Below, one piece after another: positions 46,912-56,403 of a stretch of DNA of 59,043 nucleotides. Location of the stretch: IMG/VR virus record IMGVR_UViG_3300025137_000040, positions 1-59,043 of that record. One strand, 5' to 3'. The notes beneath the pieces were generated by a model that was not told the origin of the DNA, ran no database searches, and was given only the letters and a program-made list of their open reading frames with translations. The first letter of the stretch is position 1. The number at the start of each line of letters is the position of its first letter. The stretch comes from a virus. Its lineage: Duplodnaviria; Caudoviricetes. Position numbers and translations under genes: made by a program.

Positions 46912-47366
46912 CAGTTGAGTCTTTCAGTGAAAGGGACTTTGTAGGCGGGAGTATGGCGACCTATGTTTTGCCTTTTGTATGTGCCTCTAATTGAAGACTT
47001 TCTCCTAGCCATGGCTATGGCAAGGTCCTTATCAATTCTAACGACTCCACCAATGCGAATGTGTGGCAGATCGTTTTCGTTATCACACAAGGCTCTACGT
47101 ATAGTGTCTGGGTGAACCCGTATAAGCTTGGCGAACTCTGTTGTTGTCAGCCAGTTCTCTGAGTCCTCCGTTGTTTCAAATTCTTTTTTCATTTCCGAAA
47201 CTCGGTACCTGACTACATTTTTCAGGAAAGTGTAGGAGGGTAGCATGCCCGACTCGTGAATCGTTCTAAAACCCCCCTCGGTGAGGTTAAATGTCTCTTT
47301 AAGCTCTCGCTTTGTAAGCCATTCACTAGAGCTAGCAGTCCGCAGAGTTGGTAGCTCCCGCTTCAT
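46911..47366 (-). CDS. Excisionase-like protein with two HTH_17-type domains
   Basis: WLTKRELKETF...VVRYR and WLTTTEFAKLIRVHPDTIRR...RIGGVVRI. Confidence 0.7.
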   Translation of the reverse strand: MKRELPTLRTASSSEWLTKRELKETFNLTEGGFRTIHESGMLPSYTFLKNVVRYRVSEMKKEFETTEDSENWLTTTEFAKLIRVHPDTIRRALCDNENDLPHIRIGGVVRIDKDLAIAMARRKSSIRGTYKRQNIGRHTPAYKVPFTERLN

Positions 47367-47656
47367 TTTCCTACCAGTTTTCTGGTGGCTCTGGTTATTA
47401 AGTCACCAACCTCCAAATTATTTTCGACACAAAATTGAACTAGGTCTTGATATTCTTCCTCAGGCAGGTCTACTTGCATTTTTTTAAAGCCCCTTAAATT
47501 TTCAGGATCCTTAATAGCTTTAAGTATGAGTGAGGACACGAGTTGAGATAATGAACTTCCCTGGTTCGCGGCATAGGCCTTACCTTCCTCTACGACATGC
47601 TTTGACATACTTAGAGTCAGTTTGTATGGGTCTTTTAAGGTCTTGGGTCTTGGCAT
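47363..47656 (-). CDS. Ribbon-helix-helix regulator (DUF6364-like), Cro-position gene
   Basis: KLTLSMSKHVVEEGKAYAANQGSSLSQLV; a second RHH-like segment starts KMQVDLPEEEY. Confidence 0.65.
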   Translation of the reverse strand: MPRPKTLKDPYKLTLSMSKHVVEEGKAYAANQGSSLSQLVSSLILKAIKDPENLRGFKKMQVDLPEEEYQDLVQFCVENNLEVGDLITRATRKLVGK

Positions 47657-47676
47657 AAGATATCATATTACCGTAT

Positions 47677-47734
47677 TTATTGTCTATCAAATACTTAATA
47701 CACATAATTGCGTTACGTATTTGATAGACAATAA
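47677..47734. promoter_or_regulatory. 18-bp perfect inverted repeat (22-bp spacer) in the divergent promoter region
   Basis: ttattgtctatcaaatac (47677-47694) and gtatttgatagacaataa (47717-47734). Confidence 0.8.
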
Positions 47735-47748
47735 TACGTATAAAACAG

Positions 47749-47777
47749 TTGACACCTTATTTAATACGAAACAATAT
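47749..47777 (+). promoter_or_regulatory. Putative promoter TTGACA-N17-CAATAT for the repressor-like gene
   Basis: Consensus -35 with 17-bp spacer. Confidence 0.55.
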
Positions 47778-47808
47778 ATAGTGCGAATTCGTAAACCCAT
47801 GCAAACCA

Positions 47809-48327
47809 ATGAGATCCAAAACCAAAGACCCCGTGAAGGTTACACTCAGCTTGCACCGCCCTGTAAAGGAGCTTGGTCAAAGCCTGGCAAAACAAAAGAA
47901 CAAATCGTTGACTGCCCTAGTGGAGAGCCTAATCCTGTCGGAGGCGAGATCCTCTAGCCATCCTGAACTAGCTACGACTAGTCCAAAGTTATTGGGTGAA
48001 GTGCCTGGAGTTAGAGACCGTGGTAGTGGCGATTCCATTACGGTTTCTACTGACGGTTTGGCCGCTTCCTACTTGAAGGACCTAGCTTGTTTTAAGGCCT
48101 CAGAGAGTAGTTTCTACCCTTGCTCGAAGCCCTTCAAGAAGGGTCAATATTTACTGGTGGTGAGTATTGACCCACGCCCAGGTGACGTTGTCATTGTGTC
48201 AAAAGGTAAACTGCAAACTGTGGCCGAGGTGACCCCCTCTGGATCACTTGAACCTATCTTTAGGGAGGGAAGTGTGGACGAATACAGCGCCTCCTATGTA
48301 GTCCTGAGAGTAGATGAGGGGCCTTAA
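47809..48327 (+). CDS. Repressor-like protein: N-terminal RHH plus degenerate S24/LexA-like C-terminal domain
   Basis: KVTLSLHRPVKELGQSLAKQKNKSLTALV; C-terminal KKGQYLLVV...PRPGDVVIV pattern; divergent from the replication operon. Confidence 0.55.
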   Translation: MRSKTKDPVKVTLSLHRPVKELGQSLAKQKNKSLTALVESLILSEARSSSHPELATTSPKLLGEVPGVRDRGSGDSITVSTDGLAASYLKDLACFKASESSFYPCSKPFKKGQYLLVVSIDPRPGDVVIVSKGKLQTVAEVTPSGSLEPIFREGSVDEYSASYVVLRVDEGP

Positions 48328-48542
48328 CCCTTCTTTTGGTTGTCCTGAACGTAGTTTCTCACAGCCCTTCGGACGATGTCAGATACGGTTAGGTACTCTT
48401 CGCCAGCCATTTTTTCAATGGCAGTGTAGACACTGGAGTCCTCTATATATGAGATTCTTCGCCTTCCGCTGGCGACTCCCCCAGTACCTGCTTCCGAGTC
48501 CCCAAGACCCCCGATTGATTTTTTACTTCTTTTTATAGCCAT
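48324..48542 (-). CDS. CopG/Arc-like RHH protein
   Basis: RRISYIEDSSVYTAIEKMAGEEYLTVSDIVRRAVRNY; directly downstream of the integrase. Confidence 0.65.
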   Translation of the reverse strand: MAIKRSKKSIGGLGDSEAGTGGVASGRRRISYIEDSSVYTAIEKMAGEEYLTVSDIVRRAVRNYVQDNQKKG

Positions 48543-48546
48543 GCTT

Positions 48547-49707
48547 TTAAGAGTTTTCAGGAGGTAAAATGTTAAACCACCTTTCTGCGTCAGACCCAAA
48601 TGTTATAGCCTTGTATGCACTTTGCAAGGTTGATACTGAGTGTCCAGATAGCTCGGCGGTCAGGTGAGCATTCTTGAATCTACAAAGATGGTAGCTCGCA
48701 AAACTGTGTCTCATTGCATTGTGCGGCATTCCTACACCGGCAAGCTTGAATACCTTTTTCAGTTCTGGGTGGACCTTTGAGAAGGGGGCGATCCTACCCT
48801 TTTCTTTCTTATACTTTAACAGCCAGGCCTTAAGGTTGGGAGGCATGTCAACTACTCGCCTCCGCGAAGTTTTAGTGATAGAGCTTGAGAGTGGCACCGC
48901 CTCTTCTTCCCAGTTGAGGTCTTCCCACTTCAGTCGGTCTCGCTCAGCAGATCTCAGACCTCCAAAAGCCCCTAGGACTGTCCAGGCAACTAGTCGAGGC
49001 TCCACTTCTTCCATCTTCATTAAGACTCTTTCCATTTCGGAAGGGGTGAGAATACCGGGGTCTTCTTTTTTAAATACTATATCGGTGGTCTTTTCTGCGG
49101 CATGCGGCTCATTGTAGGTAAGGTAGCCCGATTTTCGAGCCCAGTTGAACAGCCCCATGTAATAATTGCGGATATTTTTTCTCGTTCTCCGGTTTCTAGT
49201 CTGGGCCAGCTGTGCTTCGAGGTGCGCTGGCCCAACCAGTGCTAGTGGCATCCTCAAGTTTTTAGCCAGAGGGCCTAGTGCCCACCGAAGGGTCTCATAA
49301 TACCTAGGAGAGTTTTGCTCTTTGGTGATGAGGTATTTATCCACAACTTCGCTGAGGGTGGCGTGCTCGAGGTGGGCTTCATCTTTCATTCCCATCACAA
49401 ATGAGTCAACTGCCTGGAGTAGGGTTGCTCCCCCTCCTTTCTCCCGCAGTAGCTGCTCACAATATTGCCAGTTGAATATCTGATCTTCCGTTACCGAGAG
49501 TCGATTGGCTGCATGCTCCTTATCGTATGCGACTTCTTCAGCAAGTGCTCTCGCTCGGGTTGGGTCATTACGCCTGACTCGTTTTATTTCTTTTCCAATT
49601 TTGTATCTTACCTCATAAACATCTCTGCCTCTCGATTGGGTTTTATAGACTGTTGCGTGGAATGGTTTTTTTCCAATAACAATAGGGTAGGTAGTTTTTT
49701 TCCGCAT
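48547..49707 (-). CDS. int: Tyrosine integrase
   Basis: GLRSAE (R), TKT (K), HNAMRH (HxxR), GHS and AYK (Y) catalytic motifs. Confidence 0.92.
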   Translation of the reverse strand: MRKKTTYPIVIGKKPFHATVYKTQSRGRDVYEVRYKIGKEIKRVRRNDPTRARALAEEVAYDKEHAANRLSVTEDQIFNWQYCEQLLREKGGGATLLQAVDSFVMGMKDEAHLEHATLSEVVDKYLITKEQNSPRYYETLRWALGPLAKNLRMPLALVGPAHLEAQLAQTRNRRTRKNIRNYYMGLFNWARKSGYLTYNEPHAAEKTTDIVFKKEDPGILTPSEMERVLMKMEEVEPRLVAWTVLGAFGGLRSAERDRLKWEDLNWEEEAVPLSSSITKTSRRRVVDMPPNLKAWLLKYKKEKGRIAPFSKVHPELKKVFKLAGVGMPHNAMRHSFASYHLCRFKNAHLTAELSGHSVSTLQSAYKAITFGSDAERWFNILPPENS

Positions 49708-49722
49708 GGTTTCTTAATTTCG

Positions 49723-49742
49723 GTGTGACGATGTGTGACGAT
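49723..49742. promoter_or_regulatory. Putative integrase arm-type sites GTGTGACGAT x2
   Basis: 10-bp tandem repeat between the int start and the att core. Confidence 0.55.
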
Positions 49743-49767
49743 TTTGGCCGCATAATTGCCATTTATC

Positions 49768-49796
49768 ATAGTATGATATATGACCAAATACGTCAA
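49768..49796 (-). promoter_or_regulatory. Putative int promoter TTGACG-N17-TACTAT
   Basis: Near-consensus hexamers with 17-bp spacer. Confidence 0.6.
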
Positions 49797-49867
49797 TGTA
49801 ATATTATACGTGTAGTTGTAACCTACTATTAATAAGTGAGTTACAAATGCTGCAACTTTTTTGCAGC

Positions 49868-49890
49868 TGGCGACCCGTACGGGACTTGAA
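49868..49890 (-). other. attP: attP core matching a tRNA 3' end (TTCAAGTCCCGTACGGGTCGCCA)
   Basis: T-loop, acceptor 3' strand and CCA, with no 5' tRNA half; about 160 bp upstream of int. Confidence 0.8.
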
Positions 49891-49998
49891 TACATCCAGA
49901 TCTTATATATAATGGGCCCTGCAGCTTTACAAGGATTACTTGCAGGAAAGTAATCGTCTTTTATTTAAGCCTATTAGGCAGTTGCATTTTCAATACAT

Positions 49999-51747
49999 AT
50001 GCGGGTATACTATAATGTGCCCATTGAAAAATACGGCTTGCGGTTTCCAGACGGGACTTTGCCAGAGACAATTGAGCTTTTCGCATACCGCCAAGGCCGC
50101 AGCGTTTCTCAGGGAGGTCTAGGCAAGTTCGGCCATCTCAAGCAAGCAATTGACCTAATATGGAACTCAGGTAACTCATCGCGAGAATTTATTTGGTCTC
50201 CCGAAGCCGAGGAGATATTGAGAGCGTTCAGCGAGGAGGATTATGTTGCTGTTGCCGGTAGCGCCTCATCCGGTAAAAGCGATGCCTCTGCGGTGTGGGC
50301 TCTGTGTGAATTTTTCTCCGGGCCTGCAGATACCCTGGTATTAGTTACCTCAACTACTCTGCGAGAGGCGAGGAGGCGAATATTCAAATCCATTTCGGAA
50401 CTTTACTTTGCTTTGCCCAAAGGCAAGTTCCCTGGAAAAATGGTGGACTCCCTTGGCCAGTTGAAGGGACTCGATGCCCAAGGTAACTTCAGTGCCGCGA
50501 CCGGTATCGTATTGGTGCCAGCCGAGAAAAAGAAGGAGCGTGAGGCAATCGGTAAGCTCGCTGGAATAAAACAGGCCCGTGTACGCCTCGTCGCCGACGA
50601 ACTCCCCGAATTGTCCGAAGCCGTGGTCACTACGGCATACTCTAACCTGTCATCTAACCCGGACTTTAAAATGGTTGGTCTCGGCAACCCCGCGTCCCAC
50701 TTCGATGCCTTTGGTGTTTTCGCTAAACCGAAGGCTGGGTGGGATTCTGTAACAGAAGGGGACTTTTCATGGGAAACTTCACGGGGAATTTGCATTCGCC
50801 TCGACGGCACTAAGTCTGAGAACTACATCCAGCGTAAGCAGATTTATCCCTGGATGTATAGCTATGATAAAATCGAACAGCTACGGGAAGACTATGGGGA
50901 GGACTCTGCATTTTTCTACAGAATGGTTAGGGGGTTCTGGGCACCCGAAGGTTCGGCCAATGGTATATATTCCGAGTCAGATCTGGTGAAAGGGAGTGTG
51001 ACCCGAAAAGCCCGCTTTGATTCAGAGCCCACGGTGGTGGCCGCCTTGGATCCAGCCTTTACTCACGGCGGTGACCGATCAATTCTTTACTTCGGGCGGC
51101 TTGGTGATGAGGCTGGCGTCCGAATTCTAGAACTAGATGGGTATGTTTCAATCAAAGAGGACATCAACAACACAGCAATTCCGAGGACTCATCAGGTGGC
51201 TAGAGAAGTGAAGAGGGAGTGTGTTAATAGAGGAGTCCTTCCCCAGAACATGGCGGTCGATGAAACTGGGGCGGGGGGTCCCTTCGCTGATGTCTTAGCT
51301 ATGGAGTGGTCAGACAGGTTCCTGAGAGTCAACTTCGCCGGTAAAGCCTCCAGCATGAAGGTTTCAGCTAGTGATAAAACTAAAGGCTATGACCGTTATT
51401 CCAATCGGGTTTCAGAGTTGTGGTTCGCCGGTAAAGAACTGTTACGTTCTTCTCAGCTCAGAAACATCCAAGATGATCTAGCTAAAGAAATGGTTGCCAG
51501 AGAGTTCTCAACACTATCTGGAGGCAAGGTTAAAGTAGAGTCCAAAATAGATTACAAGGCAAGAATGGGACGATCCCCGGATCTTGCGGACGCCGCCTTT
51601 ATTCTAACTGATCTGTGCAGGCAACGTCACGGTTTAGTTGGTGGAGAGCGGTTTGAAGCGAGCCAGGATAGGCAGGCTGTTTGGAATGCGAAGATGAAGA
51701 AGTTAGATATCTTGGCTGATTCCGACCGGAATCTACTTAACTATTGA
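49999..51747 (+). CDS. terL: Terminase large subunit
   Basis: AGSASSGKS Walker A, LVADE Walker B, GLGNP, ALDPA and SPDLADA nuclease motifs. Confidence 0.92.
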   Translation: MRVYYNVPIEKYGLRFPDGTLPETIELFAYRQGRSVSQGGLGKFGHLKQAIDLIWNSGNSSREFIWSPEAEEILRAFSEEDYVAVAGSASSGKSDASAVWALCEFFSGPADTLVLVTSTTLREARRRIFKSISELYFALPKGKFPGKMVDSLGQLKGLDAQGNFSAATGIVLVPAEKKKEREAIGKLAGIKQARVRLVADELPELSEAVVTTAYSNLSSNPDFKMVGLGNPASHFDAFGVFAKPKAGWDSVTEGDFSWETSRGICIRLDGTKSENYIQRKQIYPWMYSYDKIEQLREDYGEDSAFFYRMVRGFWAPEGSANGIYSESDLVKGSVTRKARFDSEPTVVAALDPAFTHGGDRSILYFGRLGDEAGVRILELDGYVSIKEDINNTAIPRTHQVAREVKRECVNRGVLPQNMAVDETGAGGPFADVLAMEWSDRFLRVNFAGKASSMKVSASDKTKGYDRYSNRVSELWFAGKELLRSSQLRNIQDDLAKEMVAREFSTLSGGKVKVESKIDYKARMGRSPDLADAAFILTDLCRQRHGLVGGERFEASQDRQAVWNAKMKKLDILADSDRNLLNY

Positions 51748-51790
51748 TTTTGATAATACGCGAGCATATGCTACCATAGAATTAAAACTA

Positions 51791-54028
51791 ATGTCTGACG
51801 GTATTTCTGAGCTTACTGACCTTCCGCTGGTCAACCTCAATAAAGATGATGGCAACCCGCCGAAGTCTCGGTTGAAGGACGTGAAGTCTGCGACTTCTCT
51901 GCTTTCCTCACTTCGGGAAGCCGACAAGAACAGCAGTGTCAATCGCGCTCGCGTGCAGGCAATGTTCGATGGCACTCCTCCATATGATGAGGCGAAGCTT
52001 AGGGAAACGGGACAATCATTCCGAGTGAACCTCAATTTTGGCGAGGCCGAGGCCATGCTAGAAAATGCGATGTCTGCATACGTGGACCTTGTAAATTCCG
52101 TCCAGTCGCTACTCATGGTAGAGACCACCTACGGCGATGCCAAACAACGCCACGAATCTGGAAAGATCCTCTCGGAGGAGCTATCTCGAATGATCCGAAA
52201 ATGGCCAGACTTCAATTTTACTTTTTTAAATCTCTGTCACCACTTTGTAACCCACGGAGTGGGTATAAATTACTTCCAAGATGAAGTTGACTGGCGGTGG
52301 AGATCAACTGGTTTGGGAGACGTTTTAGTCCCAAGGGGAACCCTGGCTTCAGAAGGCCGCATTGAAGTGGCGGTTATCTGCAGAGAGATGCTGGTCACTG
52401 AACTATTTAGATTCATAGAGGATGAAGGGGCCGCCAAAGCGCGGGGGTGGAACGTAGAGGAAACCAGAAAAGCTATATTAAAAGCATCGACTAGAATGTC
52501 TTCGGACTACTCGGATAGCTGGGAGAGACTGCAGACTGAACTCAAAAACAATGATCTATACGCTGGTGGCAAATCAGCTAAGGTTCGCGTAGCACACTTT
52601 TTTATTAAAGAGTTCGACGGTTCCGTATCCCACGTCATCTCTTTGGAGGATGGCTCCAACGAGGAGTTCCTGATGAAGGCACCTAGCAGGTATGAATCTG
52701 TCTCGCAGGTCTTTACCTTCTTCCCATACGGGCTGGGAACCAACGCCACATATCATGGTATCAGAGGGTTGGGTTATAAAATCTTCCCACATATTCAAGT
52801 TAGCAATCGGTTGCGTTCCCAAGTGGTAGACGCTGCTATGCTAGCGAGCGGAGTGATGCTCCAACCAGAGGATGAGAATGCTATGGAGAATCTTGGGTTC
52901 CAGTCTTTTGGACCCTTTTCGTTGATTCCTCCAGGCATAAATATTCAACAGAGGAATGTTCCCAACCTGAGTAACTCAGTCATGCCGGTCATTGGAGACC
53001 TTTCCCAGCAGATGAATAATCGTGCGGGTCAATATTCTACTCAGTCTGTATTTTCAGGTTCCTCGGACAAGACGCGGTTTGAGATTGCTGCACACCTGGA
53101 GGCAGCAAGCAAGCTTACCGTCACTAGCTTAAATCTTTTTTATGAGCCTTGGGACCGACACCTTAAAGAGGTCGTTCGACGCTGCGTATTAGGAGTGCAA
53201 AGCGAGGTGAGAGAACCGGCCCTCGAGGAGTTTGTTGTCCGGGTCTTCCAGCGCGGAGTCCCTATAGAAGCGATCCTTGGTATTGATGTTGAGAGGACAC
53301 GAGCCAATCGTGCTGTCGGCGGGGGTAGCCAGGCCAGGAGAACAGTTTCCCTTCAGCAGCTAAACGAGCTGGTTGGTTCCTTTGACGAAGAAGGCCGACA
53401 CAATCTATTCCGAGATCAGGTCGCATCCATTGTGGGGCACGACCAGGTAGATCGTTACATACCATCCAAGCAAGATATGCGTCAGCCAGAGGCCGCTAAA
53501 GTAGCCGAGCTTGAGAACTTCCGCCTTACCGAGGGCAACGCGGTATCAGTATTCGTCAATGAGGAGCACGTCGTTCACCTAGATATACACCTGCCATTTA
53601 TTGAAAGTATTTTTTCCGCTGTCGAGCAGGGTAAAATGCTATTGGAAGAGGCAACACCCCAAGTCATGCAGGTGTTTGAGCATTCCGTAGAGCACCTACA
53701 GAACATACAAGCAGACCCTTTCATTCAAGGGAGAGTGGCTGGTTACAACCAGCGGCTGCAGCGCCTGTCCGAGCTTATAGTAAACGGCCAGAAGCGGCTC
53801 GAGAAGTTAAGTCGCGAAGCCGCCGAAGAAGGGGGCACAGAACAGCCCATGGCCCCTCAGGCCGATCCGACCATGTCAAATAAAATTCAGGAGCATCAGA
53901 TTCGTTTGCGGATGGATCTAGAAAAGCACCAGCAAAAGCTAATGCTCAACCTCCAAGAGGCCGAGCAAAAACGTCAGCTAGCAGATGCCAAAGCAGCCAT
54001 GGAGCTGCAGACCCTACTGAAGAGGTGA
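51791..54028 (+). CDS. Portal protein
   Basis: 745 aa directly after TerL; Q-rich helical C-terminal barrel typical of podovirus portals. Confidence 0.75.
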   Translation: MSDGISELTDLPLVNLNKDDGNPPKSRLKDVKSATSLLSSLREADKNSSVNRARVQAMFDGTPPYDEAKLRETGQSFRVNLNFGEAEAMLENAMSAYVDLVNSVQSLLMVETTYGDAKQRHESGKILSEELSRMIRKWPDFNFTFLNLCHHFVTHGVGINYFQDEVDWRWRSTGLGDVLVPRGTLASEGRIEVAVICREMLVTELFRFIEDEGAAKARGWNVEETRKAILKASTRMSSDYSDSWERLQTELKNNDLYAGGKSAKVRVAHFFIKEFDGSVSHVISLEDGSNEEFLMKAPSRYESVSQVFTFFPYGLGTNATYHGIRGLGYKIFPHIQVSNRLRSQVVDAAMLASGVMLQPEDENAMENLGFQSFGPFSLIPPGINIQQRNVPNLSNSVMPVIGDLSQQMNNRAGQYSTQSVFSGSSDKTRFEIAAHLEAASKLTVTSLNLFYEPWDRHLKEVVRRCVLGVQSEVREPALEEFVVRVFQRGVPIEAILGIDVERTRANRAVGGGSQARRTVSLQQLNELVGSFDEEGRHNLFRDQVASIVGHDQVDRYIPSKQDMRQPEAAKVAELENFRLTEGNAVSVFVNEEHVVHLDIHLPFIESIFSAVEQGKMLLEEATPQVMQVFEHSVEHLQNIQADPFIQGRVAGYNQRLQRLSELIVNGQKRLEKLSREAAEEGGTEQPMAPQADPTMSNKIQEHQIRLRMDLEKHQQKLMLNLQEAEQKRQLADAKAAMELQTLLKR

Positions 54029-54029
54029 T

Positions 54030-54377
54030 ATGAAATACATACCGAAGGACCGGTTAACTGAATGGAAAAACAAAGCCCACCTCAGAGATATGTGGGCAGC
54101 CTTTTTAGAAGAAGAGGCTTGTGTTGAGGGCTTAAAACTCTTGGAAGAGTACAACAAGCCCTTGCTAATTTTAAATGAAAATCCCTACCAGACCGCCCAG
54201 CGGCAGGCCTATCAGGCCGGTTACGAGGCTTGCTTGGCCCGGCTGCGGAGGCTTCCACAGCTGCACGGGTTCGCTCAGCGAGAAACAGATGTAACCGAGT
54301 GGGATGTAACAGCGGGTCAGGAGACCCCCTCTATGCCAGAGGTGAAGGGCCCCTTCACTAACCTTCCCAAGCTTTAA
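54030..54377 (+). CDS. Small head-morphogenesis protein
   Basis: Between portal and scaffold; AYQAG helix. Confidence 0.5.
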   Translation: MKYIPKDRLTEWKNKAHLRDMWAAFLEEEACVEGLKLLEEYNKPLLILNENPYQTAQRQAYQAGYEACLARLRRLPQLHGFAQRETDVTEWDVTAGQETPSMPEVKGPFTNLPKL

Positions 54378-54385
54378 TTTTAACT

Positions 54386-55579
54386 ATGAGCATTGAAGCC
54401 CTAGAAGAAAATCCAGTTTTGGAACCTGCGGATTCCGCAGTCGAGCCTCAACAGGATGCAATGACGGAGGACTCCACTGAAGTGAGTAGTCCTGTAAATG
54501 AAACCTCCAGTGAGACCTCCCTTGAGAATGCCACCACGGAAATGTTAGCCCCCGAGGAAGAAACGGGTTCAGACTTCTTGTCAGCTGTTTTTGAGGACAC
54601 CCCTGCGCTGGAAGATCCTAAATCCGAGGAGGGTTCCGAGGAGCCGACCGAGGACCAAAAGGTTATTTCCGAGCCTTCGGAGTACGCTAAGGAGGAGGAA
54701 CTTCCAGACACCTGGGACCCAAAGTCAAAGACAAAGTGGGGCGAGCTTAGGCGCGAGCTTTATGAAGAGCGCGACAAGGTCCAGCAACTCGAATCTGAGT
54801 TAAAAGAGAAGACTTCTGTGAGCGTTGCTGAAGAGCTGTCGAGACAGCTAGAGGAAGCGTCCGATAAGATCTCTAAGTATGAAGAATCGCTTGCGGTAGT
54901 GAGGGTCGAGCGCTCTCCCGAGTATGAGGAGGTAGTTACTAAACCCCTCGATGCTATCATGCAGGCCACCAAAAACCTGGCCGATCGACACGAGTTGCGA
55001 GCCCAGGAATTTTTCGATGTCTATGCTGACTTCGAGGACCCTTCTTACAGCGATAGGCTAAGCAATCTCGTAAGAGACATGTCAGAGCCAGATAGGATTC
55101 GAGCCTATCGAATGGCCGAAGACAGCCAGACGATTTTTAAGAAGTCCGAGGATCTTCAGAGAAACGCCTCTAAAGCTTTGGCAGAAGTGGAAGCACGAGA
55201 AGCCCGAGCTTGGGAAGAAACTTCTCAGAAGGATGCCCTTGCGATGAGGAACTCAGTCGAAAAGGTTTTTGAGGCAATCTCTCCAAGGCTCCCTGATTTG
55301 GGTGAGTCAATTGATATGAATGAGATGAGGCTATCCGCCCAAGAGAGTGGCCCGATTTCCCAATACTCTAGTGACCAGCAAGCCTATAGCGTTGTCGCTG
55401 GAACCCTATTGCCCAAACTTGTTAAAACAATTCAAGCAGATCAGGCTGAGTTGTCGAAACTTCGTGGGGAGTTGAAGTCTCTAAAGAAGGCTTCACCAAC
55501 TATTGACCCCCAAGGGGTAACACCAAACAGGGCCCAAGATGGCAATGCAGGTTTCTTGGAGTCCTTATTCACTTCATAA
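54386..55579 (+). CDS. Scaffolding protein
   Basis: Acidic disordered N-terminus and coiled coils; upstream of the capsid gene. Confidence 0.7.
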   Translation: MSIEALEENPVLEPADSAVEPQQDAMTEDSTEVSSPVNETSSETSLENATTEMLAPEEETGSDFLSAVFEDTPALEDPKSEEGSEEPTEDQKVISEPSEYAKEEELPDTWDPKSKTKWGELRRELYEERDKVQQLESELKEKTSVSVAEELSRQLEEASDKISKYEESLAVVRVERSPEYEEVVTKPLDAIMQATKNLADRHELRAQEFFDVYADFEDPSYSDRLSNLVRDMSEPDRIRAYRMAEDSQTIFKKSEDLQRNASKALAEVEAREARAWEETSQKDALAMRNSVEKVFEAISPRLPDLGESIDMNEMRLSAQESGPISQYSSDQQAYSVVAGTLLPKLVKTIQADQAELSKLRGELKSLKKASPTIDPQGVTPNRAQDGNAGFLESLFTS

Positions 55580-55593
55580 TGGTGTAATGTGAA

Positions 55594-55758
55594 ATGCCTG
55601 CCAAGAAAACAGCTAAGAAGAAAGATGCCTGCTACAGCAAGGTTAAGGGTAGATATAAAGTTTTTCCTAGTGCCTATGCTAGTGGAGCTATAGCTAAGTG
55701 CCGAAAGGTTGGTGCTAAAAACTGGGGGACAGGCCGCGCCAAAGCCAAGAAAAAGTAA
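55594..55758 (+). CDS. Tiny basic protein (KDACYSKVKGRYKVFPSAYASG; DUF5872-like)
   Basis: 54-aa ORF translated by hand; not in the ORF track. Confidence 0.7.
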   Translation: MPAKKTAKKKDACYSKVKGRYKVFPSAYASGAIAKCRKVGAKNWGTGRAKAKKK

Positions 55759-55785
55759 AGAAGGAAGAGAGCCGTCGTAGAGAGA

Positions 55786-55953
55786 ATGAAAACGATAAAC
55801 GACTATTTTACCGCACTACTTTTTCTCGCTCAAACCGCGATGATACTTTATCCAGGCTACCGGATGATCAAATCCGTGTTTTATGATCGCCTGGGCTCTC
55901 GGAGGATTAAAACGAGCGCGACTTATTTGACCCCAAAGACTGAATGGTTATGA
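55786..55953 (+). CDS. Tiny membrane protein
   Basis: 55-aa ORF MKTINDYFTALLFLAQTAMILY...; ATGA-coupled to the next gene. Confidence 0.45.
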   Translation: MKTINDYFTALLFLAQTAMILYPGYRMIKSVFYDRLGSRRIKTSATYLTPKTEWL

Positions 55954-56129
55954 AAAAAGCTGCGAAAAAAGCTACGAAAAAACAACTGACTGATCGTCAA
56001 AAGCAAACTCTCAAACGCCACAGTGTACATCACACGGCCAAACACATGGCCGAAATGAGAAGTATGATGCAGGGAGGCAAAACATTTACCGCTGCCCACA
56101 AAGCGGCAATGAAAAAAGTCGGACGATAA
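55950..56129 (+). CDS. Tiny basic His/Met-rich protein
   Basis: HSVHHTAKHM...AHKAAM; coupled on both sides. Confidence 0.65.
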   Translation: MKKAAKKATKKQLTDRQKQTLKRHSVHHTAKHMAEMRSMMQGGKTFTAAHKAAMKKVGR

Positions 56130-56401
56130 TGCCTTCAAAAAGTAAAGAAGGCGCTGCCCTTAAGAGATGGTTCAAGGAGGAGTGGACCGATGTCCGCACG
56201 GGCAAGCCCTGTGGAAGGAAGAAGGGCGAGAAGCGCGGAACTCCCTATTGTAGGCCGAAGAAACGTGTTTCTTCAAAGACGCCGAAGACGGTCAGTGAGC
56301 TTTCTCCTGCGGAAAAGCGCAGCAGAATAAACCAAAAGAAACGCCTAGGCCAGCCACCCGGCAAGCCAAGGCGAGTTAAACCAGTAAAACGGAGGAAATA
56401 G
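56129..56401 (+). CDS. Small basic protein (LKRWFKEEW...PCGR...YCRP; DUF5872-like)
   Basis: Motif recognition; very K/R-rich. Confidence 0.7.
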   Translation: MPSKSKEGAALKRWFKEEWTDVRTGKPCGRKKGEKRGTPYCRPKKRVSSKTPKTVSELSPAEKRSRINQKKRLGQPPGKPRRVKPVKRRK

Positions 56402-56403
56402 CC

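Noticed and set aside
47622-47957. ORF spanning the divergent promoter region
   Set aside because: It overlaps both regulator genes and the inverted repeat, so it is likely spurious.
49868-49890. tRNA gene
   Set aside because: Only the T-loop to CCA is present; there is no D-arm or anticodon arm.
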